Shown: piece after piece, positions 36,159 to 45,017 of the stretch
Position numbering within the stretch: the stretch's first letter is position 1
Layout: every line of letters starts with the position of its first letter
NCBI GenBank assembly: GCA_021767645.1
Contig: JAASSY010000002.1
Location: 1-55,267 of the forward strand
DNA length: 55,267 nucleotides
Origin: Candidatus Parcubacteria bacterium
GTDB lineage: Bacteria; Patescibacteriota; Minisyncoccia; Phycocordibacterales; UBA918
Direction of reading: 5' to 3'
Position numbers and translations under genes: made by a program
The notes under the pieces: generated by a model
Database searches by the model: none
What the model saw: the letters and a program-made list of their open reading frames with translations, nothing else
What the model was told of the DNA's origin: nothing

Positions 36159-36782
36159 ATGCCCACCCAAGCCTCCAGCCAAAAATTTGTCCCTATCAAA
36201 CGCATCCGCGACAACGTGGTGGAGTTTAAAGACGGTCGGTCCGCGATGGTACTCTTAGCTTCCTCGATCAACTTCGCACTGAAATCAACCGATGAGCAAC
36301 GCGCTATTTTGAGTCAGTTTCAGACCTTCTTAAACACCCTCGACTTTTCTATCCAAATCTACCTCCAGTCCCGACGACTCGACATCAACCCCTACCTGGA
36401 GCTACTACAAGGGAGGGAAGCGGAGCAAGACAACGACCTCATGCGCATCCAGCTACGTGAATATATGCAGTTTATTCGCACCTTCACCAATGAAGTCGAT
36501 GTTATGAGTAAAAACTTCTTCGTCGTGGTGCCGTACAGCAACAAAAGTGTGGAGTTGAGCAACAACCTCTCATCACTCTTTGGTCGCAAGAAACAAGCGA
36601 ACGAAGCAGAGTTAGCCTTTGAAGAAAAACGACTACAGCTAGAACAGCGCGCGTCCTTGGTAGAGCAGGGCCTCAACCGCATTGGTGTCCGCACGATCGC
36701 GCTTGAGAACGAGGCGCTGGTAGAAATGTACTACCATATCATGAACCCACATGAAGCTGGTCGCGACGTACCAGGCGCCTAG
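36159..36782 (+). CDS. VirB4 N-terminal-domain-like protein lacking an ATPase domain
   Basis: FVPIKRIRDNVVEFKDGRSAMVLLASSINFALKSTDEQRAILSQFQTFLNTL mirrors the N-terminal domain layout of VirB4/TraC/PrgJ proteins (compare VIAPSGVSITPRTINISGTYARTLFVISYP in the next gene). No Walker motifs. Confidence 0.45.
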   Translation: MPTQASSQKFVPIKRIRDNVVEFKDGRSAMVLLASSINFALKSTDEQRAILSQFQTFLNTLDFSIQIYLQSRRLDINPYLELLQGREAEQDNDLMRIQLREYMQFIRTFTNEVDVMSKNFFVVVPYSNKSVELSNNLSSLFGRKKQANEAELAFEEKRLQLEQRASLVEQGLNRIGVRTIALENEALVEMYYHIMNPHEAGRDVPGA

Positions 36783-36841
36783 CCGTGTGGAGTAGACTTG
36801 TTGTAGGTAGCTAGAAAGCTTGCGACAATAAAGACATACCT

Positions 36842-38653
36842 ATGGCGATCGGGGATTTATTTGGTGTTGGCAAAAAAAATGACACTCCAGAAGAGGAGCG
36901 GGTTTTAAGTGCGGACGAGTCGCTGATGACACTCGAGGACGTGATTGCCCCGTCGGGTGTCTCGATTACACCACGCACCATCAACATTAGCGGCACGTAT
37001 GCTCGCACACTGTTTGTTATTTCCTACCCTAAATACCTCAATGACGGCTGGCTCGAACCCATCCTCAACCTCGAAAAGGAGATGGACATCTCTATCACCG
37101 TCCACCCAGTCGATACTGCTGAGTCGCTGAAGAAATTTCAAAAAAAAGTGGCTGAAGTAGAGAGCCAGATCGCTACCCGAGCCGAGCGCGGTCTGGTGCG
37201 CGACCCACAACTAGAGGCTGCCCACCGCAACCTCGAAGACCTGCGCGATAAGCTACAACAGGCAGAAGAAAAATTATTCGACGTCGGGCTCTACATCACG
37301 ATCTACGGCGACAGCGAAGTAGCCCTCAATAAAACAGAAGGGGAGTTGAAGAACATTCTCGACGCTCGCCTGGTCTACCTCAAACCAGCCACCTTTGAGC
37401 AGGAGAAGGGGATTAAGAGTGTACTGCCGTTTGTTGATGACCAACTCATGGTGCACAGCAAGTTTAACTCCTCGCCCCTCTCGAGCTTTTTCCCGTTTAC
37501 CAGTTTCGACCTGACCTCAGATACTGGTATCCTCTACGGCATCAACCGCCATAACTCTAGCCTGGTATTGTTTGACCGGTTTGAACTAACCAACTACAAC
37601 TCAGTCACCTTTGCTACTTCAGGTGCTGGTAAGTCGTACACGACGAAGTTAGAAATCCTCCGCTCTCTCATGTTTGGAACTGAAGTGATTGTTATTGACC
37701 CCGAACGTGAGTACGAGTACTTAGCCGAAGCAACCGGTGGACGGTTTTTCAATATCTCACTCTCGTCCAGTCACCACATCAATCCGTTTGACCTACCAAA
37801 GCCACAAGAGGACGAAAACCCAGAAGATGTTCTGCGTTCACACGTCATCGAGCTTATCGGCCTATTCCGTCTTATGCTCGGTGGTCTCTCACCAGAAGAG
37901 GAGACGCTCATCGACCTGGCTATTAACGAAACCTACGCCCTTAAAGATATTACCGGTAGCGCTGACTTCTCGGAGTTAGAAGCTCCACTACTATCTGACT
38001 TTGAAATGGTACTTGCCGGCATGGAAGGTAGTGCTTCTCTTATTTCGCGTCTACAGAAGTACACTTCTGGTACCTGGAGCGGTTTTATGAACCAGCCAAC
38101 GAACGTCGACATTAACCAAAAATTTGTTGTCTTCTCGTTGCGTGATATGGAAGACGAGCTGAAGACGGTGGCGATGTACATCATCACCAACCACATCTGG
38201 GGAGCAATCCGCCGCCGCCTAGCCAAGCGCTTACTGGTTATTGACGAGGCGTGGTGGATGATGAAAAGTGAAGATACTGCCTCGTTCCTGTTTATGCTCG
38301 CCAAGCGAGGGCGTAAGTACTACCTAGGACTTTCCACTATTACCCAAGACGTAGAGGACTTCCTACGCTCGCCGTACGGCGTACCAATGATCACGAACTC
38401 CAGTCTCCAGCTCTTAATGAAGCAGTCACCGACCGCCATCGACACTATCCAAAGCACCTTCAACCTGACTGATGAAGAAAAGTTTTTGTTGCTTGAGAGT
38501 AATGTCGGGGAAGGGATATTCTTTGCCGGACTAAAACACGTTGCCATTCGGGTCATTGCTTCGTACACTGAAGACCAGATTATCACTTCGGACCCGTCGC
38601 AATTACTCGCTATTAGGGAGGCCAAAGAAGAGCTCAAGGCCAGCCGCAGCTAA
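36842..38653 (+). CDS. virB4: VirB4/TrbE/PrgJ-family type IV secretion ATPase
   Basis: Walker A FATSGAGKSYTTK, Walker B LLVIDEAWWMM, STITQD sensor region, 603 aa. Confidence 0.85.
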   Translation: MAIGDLFGVGKKNDTPEEERVLSADESLMTLEDVIAPSGVSITPRTINISGTYARTLFVISYPKYLNDGWLEPILNLEKEMDISITVHPVDTAESLKKFQKKVAEVESQIATRAERGLVRDPQLEAAHRNLEDLRDKLQQAEEKLFDVGLYITIYGDSEVALNKTEGELKNILDARLVYLKPATFEQEKGIKSVLPFVDDQLMVHSKFNSSPLSSFFPFTSFDLTSDTGILYGINRHNSSLVLFDRFELTNYNSVTFATSGAGKSYTTKLEILRSLMFGTEVIVIDPEREYEYLAEATGGRFFNISLSSSHHINPFDLPKPQEDENPEDVLRSHVIELIGLFRLMLGGLSPEEETLIDLAINETYALKDITGSADFSELEAPLLSDFEMVLAGMEGSASLISRLQKYTSGTWSGFMNQPTNVDINQKFVVFSLRDMEDELKTVAMYIITNHIWGAIRRRLAKRLLVIDEAWWMMKSEDTASFLFMLAKRGRKYYLGLSTITQDVEDFLRSPYGVPMITNSSLQLLMKQSPTAIDTIQSTFNLTDEEKFLLLESNVGEGIFFAGLKHVAIRVIASYTEDQIITSDPSQLLAIREAKEELKASRS

Positions 38654-38658
38654 GTCCT

Positions 38659-39336
38659 ATGGCCACTACTACCAACGCAACTGTGGCTCGGCAAAAACAA
38701 TCGGCCCAACCCCGGAATCCTCACGTTAATCCACGCACCCGAGATACTCGTACTACAGTCACCGTCAAACAGCCCGGAGCACTACAGAACGCTCGTAGCA
38801 ATCCGGTTGCTCAGCAACGTAAGCAGCGCAGTCGTGCTAAGCAGATAGGTCAACGAGCTACCCGGCGGCTCAGACCACGCTGGATGCGTCGTCGACGTAA
38901 AAAAATCAACGACCCCGCTTTACGCACCGCTGCCACCACCTGGCGCGTCTTTCAAAAAACAAAACTCATCGGACTAGCTGCATCACAATCTATTTTTTTA
39001 GCGGTTCCATATGCAGCAACTGCGGTTCTGGCAGCTTTAAGTATTTATGCCAATTACTTTATTGATGACTCAATGATTGGTAGTGTCACATCGTTTTTTC
39101 TTCCTCTAGAGCAATTGGACAGATATGCGGGTCTCATTATTGCCGCCCTAGGAGTGGTGTTTGTTACCACCTCATACGCTCTTATGTTAGCTACATTTAC
39201 CAATATTTTTAGTGGTCGCGTCGCCATACCTTTTTTAATGGCCAGTGTGTTCTATATGGCCTGTCTCGTTTACCCACCCCTTGGTATCGCACCAGTAATG
39301 ATTATATGGCTTTGGGTGGTGGCTATCATCTACTAA
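38659..39336 (+). CDS. hypothetical membrane protein with highly basic N-terminus (T4SS-like operon)
   Basis: About 90 aa Arg/Lys-rich region, then about 4 TM helices. No family recognised. Confidence 0.55.
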   Translation: MATTTNATVARQKQSAQPRNPHVNPRTRDTRTTVTVKQPGALQNARSNPVAQQRKQRSRAKQIGQRATRRLRPRWMRRRRKKINDPALRTAATTWRVFQKTKLIGLAASQSIFLAVPYAATAVLAALSIYANYFIDDSMIGSVTSFFLPLEQLDRYAGLIIAALGVVFVTTSYALMLATFTNIFSGRVAIPFLMASVFYMACLVYPPLGIAPVMIIWLWVVAIIY

Positions 39337-39395
39337 CAGTAATTATCTTACAAGCCACACCAGCTGGCTAAATAGCCTTTACAGCGTGCTATTCT

Positions 39396-40379
39396 ATGAG
39401 TATGCGACTTATACTCATTACCCTTGTCTGTCTCTTTGTACCACTTTGTAGCTGGGCGCAATTTAGTAACATTAACGACCTCACCAACCTCGACACGACC
39501 GCCAGCCTCACCACCGCACCACGATTTCCTGGGCCCAACGAACAGGTGACCGTAACCCTTAATGACTACCAGTACCAAACCACTGGCGCCACGATTGATT
39601 GGTATATTAATGATGTTCTACAACCCAATCTACAAAACCAGCGTTCGATCACCATCACCACTGGAGAGCTAGGAGACAGCACAACAGTGCGCAGTCGAAG
39701 CACGCTCAAAAACGGACAAGTTATACCCGCCTCTACCACCATCAGGCCAGCAGTAGTTGACTTACTCGTTGAGGCCAACACTCTCACACCGAGCTTTTAC
39801 CCCGGCCGAGCGCTACCGAGCCCAGGCAGCCAAGTCCGTGTAACCGCTATACCGTTTACCGCAACCAACGGCTCTAATCCTGAACGTTTTTCGTATACCT
39901 GGGAAGTGAATGGGGAAGTACAAGACGGTGGCGCTGTGCGGGAGAAAAACTATGTTGTCTTTCGGTCTGATTTTGGTCGTTCCGTACAAGTGAGCGTTAG
40001 TGTGTTTGACAACAATAATACTCTCATAACCAAAGCCAGAACTAATGTTCCCATCACCGACCCAGAATTACATTTTTATGAAGTCAACCCACTGCGTGGC
40101 TTACTGCCAACCGCCTTACGCGACCCCCACATTATGACTGGCAATGAGCTGCGCCTCCGCGCCGAACCGTATTACTACGACCCAACCGCACTACAAAATA
40201 ACAACACCTTGATCGAATGGGAGATTAATGGATCACAAGTAGAGAATACCAGCGATGACCCGTTTGAAGTTACCCTCCGCCGCCAAGGGGAAACTGGGTC
40301 ATTCACCCTGGGGTATCACATCCGCAACCTATCGCAGTTATTGCAAGGAGTGGAGGACAATATCAGAATACAATTCTAG
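39396..40379 (+). CDS. hypothetical secreted beta-rich protein (T4SS-like operon)
   Basis: Signal peptide (LCSWAQ). Three roughly 90-aa segments with a P.PG..V.VTA-type pattern suggesting Ig-like repeats. Confidence 0.55.
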   Translation: MSMRLILITLVCLFVPLCSWAQFSNINDLTNLDTTASLTTAPRFPGPNEQVTVTLNDYQYQTTGATIDWYINDVLQPNLQNQRSITITTGELGDSTTVRSRSTLKNGQVIPASTTIRPAVVDLLVEANTLTPSFYPGRALPSPGSQVRVTAIPFTATNGSNPERFSYTWEVNGEVQDGGAVREKNYVVFRSDFGRSVQVSVSVFDNNNTLITKARTNVPITDPELHFYEVNPLRGLLPTALRDPHIMTGNELRLRAEPYYYDPTALQNNNTLIEWEINGSQVENTSDDPFEVTLRRQGETGSFTLGYHIRNLSQLLQGVEDNIRIQF

Positions 40380-40380
40380 T

Positions 40381-41241
40381 ATGCGATTATTCATACTTAT
40401 TGTTGCTTGCACATTCCTCCTGGGAGCCAGCTTGTCCTTGGCGCAAGTTGAAGGTGATATCGCTAATCAACCAGTCATCCCCGGCCAAACCAGCGCTTCG
40501 CCGGCCGCACAAGCAGATATCAATCGTATAAACGCTGGCGCAAAAGGTGCTTTCGTTCCCCTTGTCGGCATCCCCTTCGTAGAAGATAGTGAAGTCCGGA
40601 CCGCCGGCCTCGCCGCCTACGTCAATAGTCTCTACACTGCGGTAATTGTGATTGCAGCGGTGTTAGCGGTACTCCGGATTGTAATTGCCGGCGTGCAGTA
40701 CATGTTGTCTGACATTGTTACCACTAAAGCCCAAGCCAAGAAGAACATTCGTAACTCACTGCTGGGACTTATCTTAGTAGTAGCGGCGGTACTAGTCCTA
40801 GAAACGATCAACCCACAGCTCACCAACTTGTCGGTGTTAAATCTGCTGGGGTTGAGTGGGGATTTGCGTGATACACCAATTCGGGTGGATACTGGAGGCT
40901 CACCACCCACATACACAGGCCCATCTTCATGCGGACGAGACGAGAGACTTATTCAAAATATAACTAACAACCAAATTGTTCGGGAATGTATTTCGATTTC
41001 CGAAGACACTAATTCTAACATTCCTAATGAGGGAGATCTTGGAGTAGGGGAGGTTTTAGAACAACAAGATGTCGATATTCCATGCGGCAACCCCAATGGA
41101 TGTAACGCAGCAAATGGGTATGACAACCTGAACGGTGTGAGTAGCGCTTCCGCTACATGTGACGAGCTCAGTTCTGGAACTGGACAATTTAACCAGCTTA
41201 GTGTCACACAAGGAATATGTACTTGGGTTACCCAAGAATAA
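40381..41241 (+). CDS. VirB2/TrbC-type T4SS pilin-like protein with Cys-rich C-terminal extension (paralog 1)
   Basis: Signal peptide (SLSLAQ), VPLVGIPFV, then two hydrophobic helices separated by a basic loop (YVNSLYTAVIVIAAVLAVLRIVIAGVQYMLSD..KAQAKKNIRNSLLGLILVVAAVLVLETINPQL). A C-terminal domain of about 120 aa with 6 Cys follows. Confidence 0.65.
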   Translation: MRLFILIVACTFLLGASLSLAQVEGDIANQPVIPGQTSASPAAQADINRINAGAKGAFVPLVGIPFVEDSEVRTAGLAAYVNSLYTAVIVIAAVLAVLRIVIAGVQYMLSDIVTTKAQAKKNIRNSLLGLILVVAAVLVLETINPQLTNLSVLNLLGLSGDLRDTPIRVDTGGSPPTYTGPSSCGRDERLIQNITNNQIVRECISISEDTNSNIPNEGDLGVGEVLEQQDVDIPCGNPNGCNAANGYDNLNGVSSASATCDELSSGTGQFNQLSVTQGICTWVTQE

Positions 41242-41323
41242 CCTATTTTATACCAGTTTGCCCACATAAAGTCTTGGTGAATTTATATATAATTAATTCG
41301 CTATTAACTGGTATAATTAACCC

Positions 41324-42502
41324 ATGAATCGTACCACTCTAATTAGTGCAGCTATTATTATCACCCTCATCATCGCAGCGGTCTGGGTGTACCTCCTCTT
41401 CTTCGGCACCCCGAATAACACCAATGAAGTGTTCACCAACCTCGGCTTCACCCCAACCACACAACCCACCACGGTGGTACCTAGCGGAAACCAAACTGGC
41501 AGCGCGCCCATCGGCGACTTAGTCGACACCAACAGCCAGGCCCTCAACCAACTAACCACCCGTCCCGTTGCCGGCTTTACCACCTACACCGCCACCTCTG
41601 GCCCAATGGCACGCTACGTCGAACGAGGTACCGGCCACGTGTTTGACCTCAACCTCACTTCCGGTCGAGAAAACCGAGTATCACCCACCACCATCCCCCA
41701 AGTCAGCAGGGTAGTCTTTAGTGACGACCCAGATGTCTTTGCCCTACAACAAAACCAGACCTACCAAAAACCAGTCACCCTAGCGACCCTCGCAGATGGT
41801 CAACTACTCACCAACAACGTCAGCGCCAACGGTGAAAACCTCGACTTTAGAGGCGGCGCTCTCCGCTACACCACTCTCGCCGGTGGCGATACAGTGGGAT
41901 ACAGCGTGAACACCAACACCACCGAACAAACTGAGCTGTTTTCATTTGCATTTGCTGAGCTCGATGTTTGGTGGGGCGACGACACTAACCCAACCTACCT
42001 AGCCACTAAACCAGCTAGCAACTTAGCGACCTACGTCTACCAGGCAACAGACAACTCCTACGAGCGCGAGCTGCCTGCTCGTACCGGGCTGGTTGGGTTT
42101 AGCGAGGACGGAAACCACATTATTACTTACGCTGATAACGGACTACTTATATCCCGCTCTATCGATAGCGGGACTGAGGAATCGTTTGAACTACCGATCG
42201 TCGCCCTAGGAGAGAAATGTATTTTTGATAATTTAGAAGCAACTTATTTATGGTGTGCCGCTCCGTTTGAACCCTTGGCTGCCAATCATCTCAACAGCTG
42301 GTATAAGGGAGTGAAGCAGAGTAATGACGCTTTGTGGCTTGTCAACCTCAACACCCAAACCGCTGAGCTAGTAGCTAATCCTGAAGACATCGCTGGTCGA
42401 CCGCTCGACATCGTCAAGCCAGCACTTGGCACCTCTAACGACACGTTGTTTTTTATCGACCGCACCGACCACACACTTTGGAGCCTAAGTCTTGTTGACT
42501 AG
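41324..42502 (+). CDS. hypothetical membrane-anchored beta-rich protein (T4SS-like operon)
   Basis: N-terminal TM (ISAAIIITLIIAAVWVYLLFF). Repetitive beta-strand-like pattern, possibly a propeller. No family recognised. Confidence 0.55.
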   Translation: MNRTTLISAAIIITLIIAAVWVYLLFFGTPNNTNEVFTNLGFTPTTQPTTVVPSGNQTGSAPIGDLVDTNSQALNQLTTRPVAGFTTYTATSGPMARYVERGTGHVFDLNLTSGRENRVSPTTIPQVSRVVFSDDPDVFALQQNQTYQKPVTLATLADGQLLTNNVSANGENLDFRGGALRYTTLAGGDTVGYSVNTNTTEQTELFSFAFAELDVWWGDDTNPTYLATKPASNLATYVYQATDNSYERELPARTGLVGFSEDGNHIITYADNGLLISRSIDSGTEESFELPIVALGEKCIFDNLEATYLWCAAPFEPLAANHLNSWYKGVKQSNDALWLVNLNTQTAELVANPEDIAGRPLDIVKPALGTSNDTLFFIDRTDHTLWSLSLVD

Positions 42503-42548
42503 TGGGGAACAGGTCAAGTAAATATAAAGACTATAGTACAATATGTGT

Positions 42549-43505
42549 ATGCGACGTATTGTAGCTATACCAATACTCTTGACCGTCCTAACACCACTCA
42601 GTGTGCTCGCCCAAGACTTTGTACCATTGGTAGGTATCCCGTTCGTGGACGACGGTGAAATTGGTGGTAGAGACGGCGCCGGCCTCGCTGCCTACGTCAA
42701 CAGTCTCTACACTGCGGTAATCGTGATTGCCGCGGTGTTAGCAGTACTACGGATTGTCATTGCTGGGGTGCAGTACATGTTGTCTGATATTGTCACGACC
42801 AAAGCCCAAGCTAAGAAGAATATTCGCAACTCTTTGTTGGGGCTAGTTTTAGTGGTAGCGGCAGTGTTGGTGCTGGAGACGATTAACCCGCAGCTGACAA
42901 ACTTGTCAGTCCTCAACCTACCTGGGTTGAGTGGGCAGTTGAATAATACGCCGATTAGAGTGGATACGAACAGTGGGGGTGGAGGGAGGAACATGCGGGC
43001 GGAAGAAAGCGCTGACTGCTCTGCGGCTGGCAACAGACCAATAGTTTACAACGGCCGTAACCAAAATTTTGTCTGCTGCGAGTCAGCTGACACCCACGAG
43101 CGCTGTTCATCTGTGTTTCCAAACAACACCGACCAAACAGTTGTGGCCACCAAAGACTTCTCTGGCAACGGAGCTGGTGAGACAGCGGATGCGTTTGCCG
43201 AACAGTTTGAACAAGACAACCCCAACACCAGCTGCTCAGTCGAGCAAAGAGGTTCTCGCCGAGACACATCACAACGTGTAACATGCACCAGCTCCGGATC
43301 AGACAATGCACAAACAGTCAACTATCGCATCAACGACCCCGCCATGCCAGACCTGGGTATAACAGAACCAGGGGCCAACCATAATGAGCCTATTACTGTA
43401 GTAGAAGTAATCGAATCAGAAAACATGGTGACTGTGATAGACGCCGCCGGGAGACAATTTGATATTGGCTGTCAAAATATTCAACCACGCCCAAATGGTT
43501 GTTAG
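42549..43505 (+). CDS. VirB2/TrbC-type T4SS pilin-like protein with Cys-rich C-terminal extension (paralog 2)
   Basis: Same pilin core as 40381..41241 (84 of 86 core residues identical). Unrelated C-terminal domain of about 170 aa with 8 Cys. Confidence 0.65.
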   Translation: MRRIVAIPILLTVLTPLSVLAQDFVPLVGIPFVDDGEIGGRDGAGLAAYVNSLYTAVIVIAAVLAVLRIVIAGVQYMLSDIVTTKAQAKKNIRNSLLGLVLVVAAVLVLETINPQLTNLSVLNLPGLSGQLNNTPIRVDTNSGGGGRNMRAEESADCSAAGNRPIVYNGRNQNFVCCESADTHERCSSVFPNNTDQTVVATKDFSGNGAGETADAFAEQFEQDNPNTSCSVEQRGSRRDTSQRVTCTSSGSDNAQTVNYRINDPAMPDLGITEPGANHNEPITVVEVIESENMVTVIDAAGRQFDIGCQNIQPRPNGC

Positions 43506-43508
43506 GTG

Positions 43509-44237
43509 CTACACCCGGTGTTTGCGCACGATATACTCCTGCGCAATAGCGGTGATGTTGCTCACCGTGAAGTACAGCGCAATGGCTGCTGAAAAAGCGT
43601 ACGCTACAAACACAATAATAATCGGCATGACGTACCGCATCTGCATTTGCATACTGCGCTGGAAGTCTTCTTTGAAGTTCGGTTCAGCGCCTTTTTCTTT
43701 CGGCTCCATAAGCGGCATAGAGAGTCGGACGTGAATAAATTGGGTGAAGCCGGCTAAGAGAGCGAGTGGGAGGCTCTTGGCAGCAATATCAAACACTCCA
43801 AACATAAACATAGAAACTGTTTCCGGCGTCGGTATAAAACCGTACAGCACGTCAGTATTAATTGCCGGCAAGGCCGAACCGCCGCCGTTCATGACCGAGA
43901 GGTAAAGGGCAATAATAATAGGAAACTGAATGAAGAGGAGCAAAATACTGGAGAAAGGATTGATGTTTTTTTCTTTATAGAGCTCCATCATGGCCTGTGC
44001 CTGCTCTTGTCGATCAGTGATATCTTCTTTCAACTGCTTCATCCGTGGCTCAAGCTCACGCATGACCGCTTGCATTTTGGTCACCTTAATAGAGAGAGGC
44101 AGTATCACCAGCTTAATGAGTACTACTGTACACACAATTGCCAATCCCACATCACCCCCAGGGAGGACATCAATAAAAAACACCAGTGTGTTGTAGACTG
44201 GATCAAAGAAAAAGGTGTGCCAAATATAACTCCACAT
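43509..44237 (-). CDS. yidC: YidC/Oxa1-family membrane protein insertase (short form)
   Basis: LAIVCTVVLIKLVILPLSIK, KMQ..ELEP..K.LKE, NPFSS..L.FIQ.PI motifs. Conserved yidC-rnpA-rpmH order. Confidence 0.9.
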   Translation of the reverse strand: MWSYIWHTFFFDPVYNTLVFFIDVLPGGDVGLAIVCTVVLIKLVILPLSIKVTKMQAVMRELEPRMKQLKEDITDRQEQAQAMMELYKEKNINPFSSILLLFIQFPIIIALYLSVMNGGGSALPAINTDVLYGFIPTPETVSMFMFGVFDIAAKSLPLALLAGFTQFIHVRLSMPLMEPKEKGAEPNFKEDFQRSMQMQMRYVMPIIIVFVAYAFSAAIALYFTVSNITAIAQEYIVRKHRV

Positions 44238-44290
44238 AAACTATCGTGTATTGCTGCGCATTGTAGCCTGATTCAGACGTTCGTGCAAAA

Positions 44291-44617
44291 CTACCAACCA
44301 ATATCAACTAGTGCCTGACGCAGGAGTGTCGCACGCTTTTTTTGTGGCACCGCAGCCAAAGCCGGCTTAGCCACCACAATCACGGTTCCAACGAACCCAC
44401 GTTCAGCCCGTACATCACTGAGCGTAGCGTAGAGCTGGCGTCGCAGGCGGTTACGATCAACGGCTTTTTTATACACCTTTTTACCCACCACCACCGCAGC
44501 CTGAAAGGCGGGGGAGGGGTGATAAATCAGCTGTAACTCTTTGGTGTGCAACCGCTTACCTAACGAAAAAGAACGATCAAACGCTTGCTTGGTTAATCGT
44601 TCTTGTTTCTTGAGCAT
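44291..44617 (-). CDS. rnpA: ribonuclease P protein component
   Basis: KAVDRNRLRRQL motif, 108 aa, located between rpmH and yidC. Confidence 0.85.
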   Translation of the reverse strand: MLKKQERLTKQAFDRSFSLGKRLHTKELQLIYHPSPAFQAAVVVGKKVYKKAVDRNRLRRQLYATLSDVRAERGFVGTVIVVAKPALAAVPQKKRATLLRQALVDIGW

Positions 44618-44644
44618 AGGCTCAGTATACCGAATGATTCGGGG

Positions 44645-44794
44645 CTACTTACTCTTTTGTACCGTCAAACGCGCTCGCCCTTTACGGCGTCGAGCCTTGA
44701 GGATTTTAGCACCAGTTTTTGAAGCGGCTCGCACGAGGAAACCGTGTGTGGTCATACGCTTCTTTTGACTAGGTTGATAGGTTCGTTTTGGCAT
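44645..44794 (-). CDS. rpmH: 50S ribosomal protein L34
   Basis: [11 protein letters not shown]...HGF..R..........RR.KGR..LT signature. Internal ATG at 44794. Confidence 0.9.
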   Translation of the reverse strand: MPKRTYQPSQKKRMTTHGFLVRAASKTGAKILKARRRKGRARLTVQKSK

Positions 44795-44962
44795 AATCGT
44801 GAATTTATGCGCAGCACTATACGCTATTACTGACACATTTTCAAGTACCTACAGCACCCTTTACCACCAAAAGTGCGGCAGCTAGTTTATGCACAACTTT
44901 TTCCACAGCTGCAGCTGGGTTTGGTTTTAAAAATGAAAATAGCTAGCTATTTTTGGTAAACG

Positions 44963-44990
44963 TTTACAGTTTTTGCAGGGTAGGTATAAT
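44963..44990 (+). promoter_or_regulatory. candidate dnaA promoter (TTTACA-N16-TATAAT)
   Basis: Hexamers read directly, about 28 nt upstream of the dnaA ATG. DnaA-box-like TTATGCACA (44887-44895) and TTTTCCACA (44899-44907) lie just upstream. Confidence 0.4.
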
Positions 44991-45017
44991 GACCAGTACG
45001 TTTGCTGAAAGTTGTCC

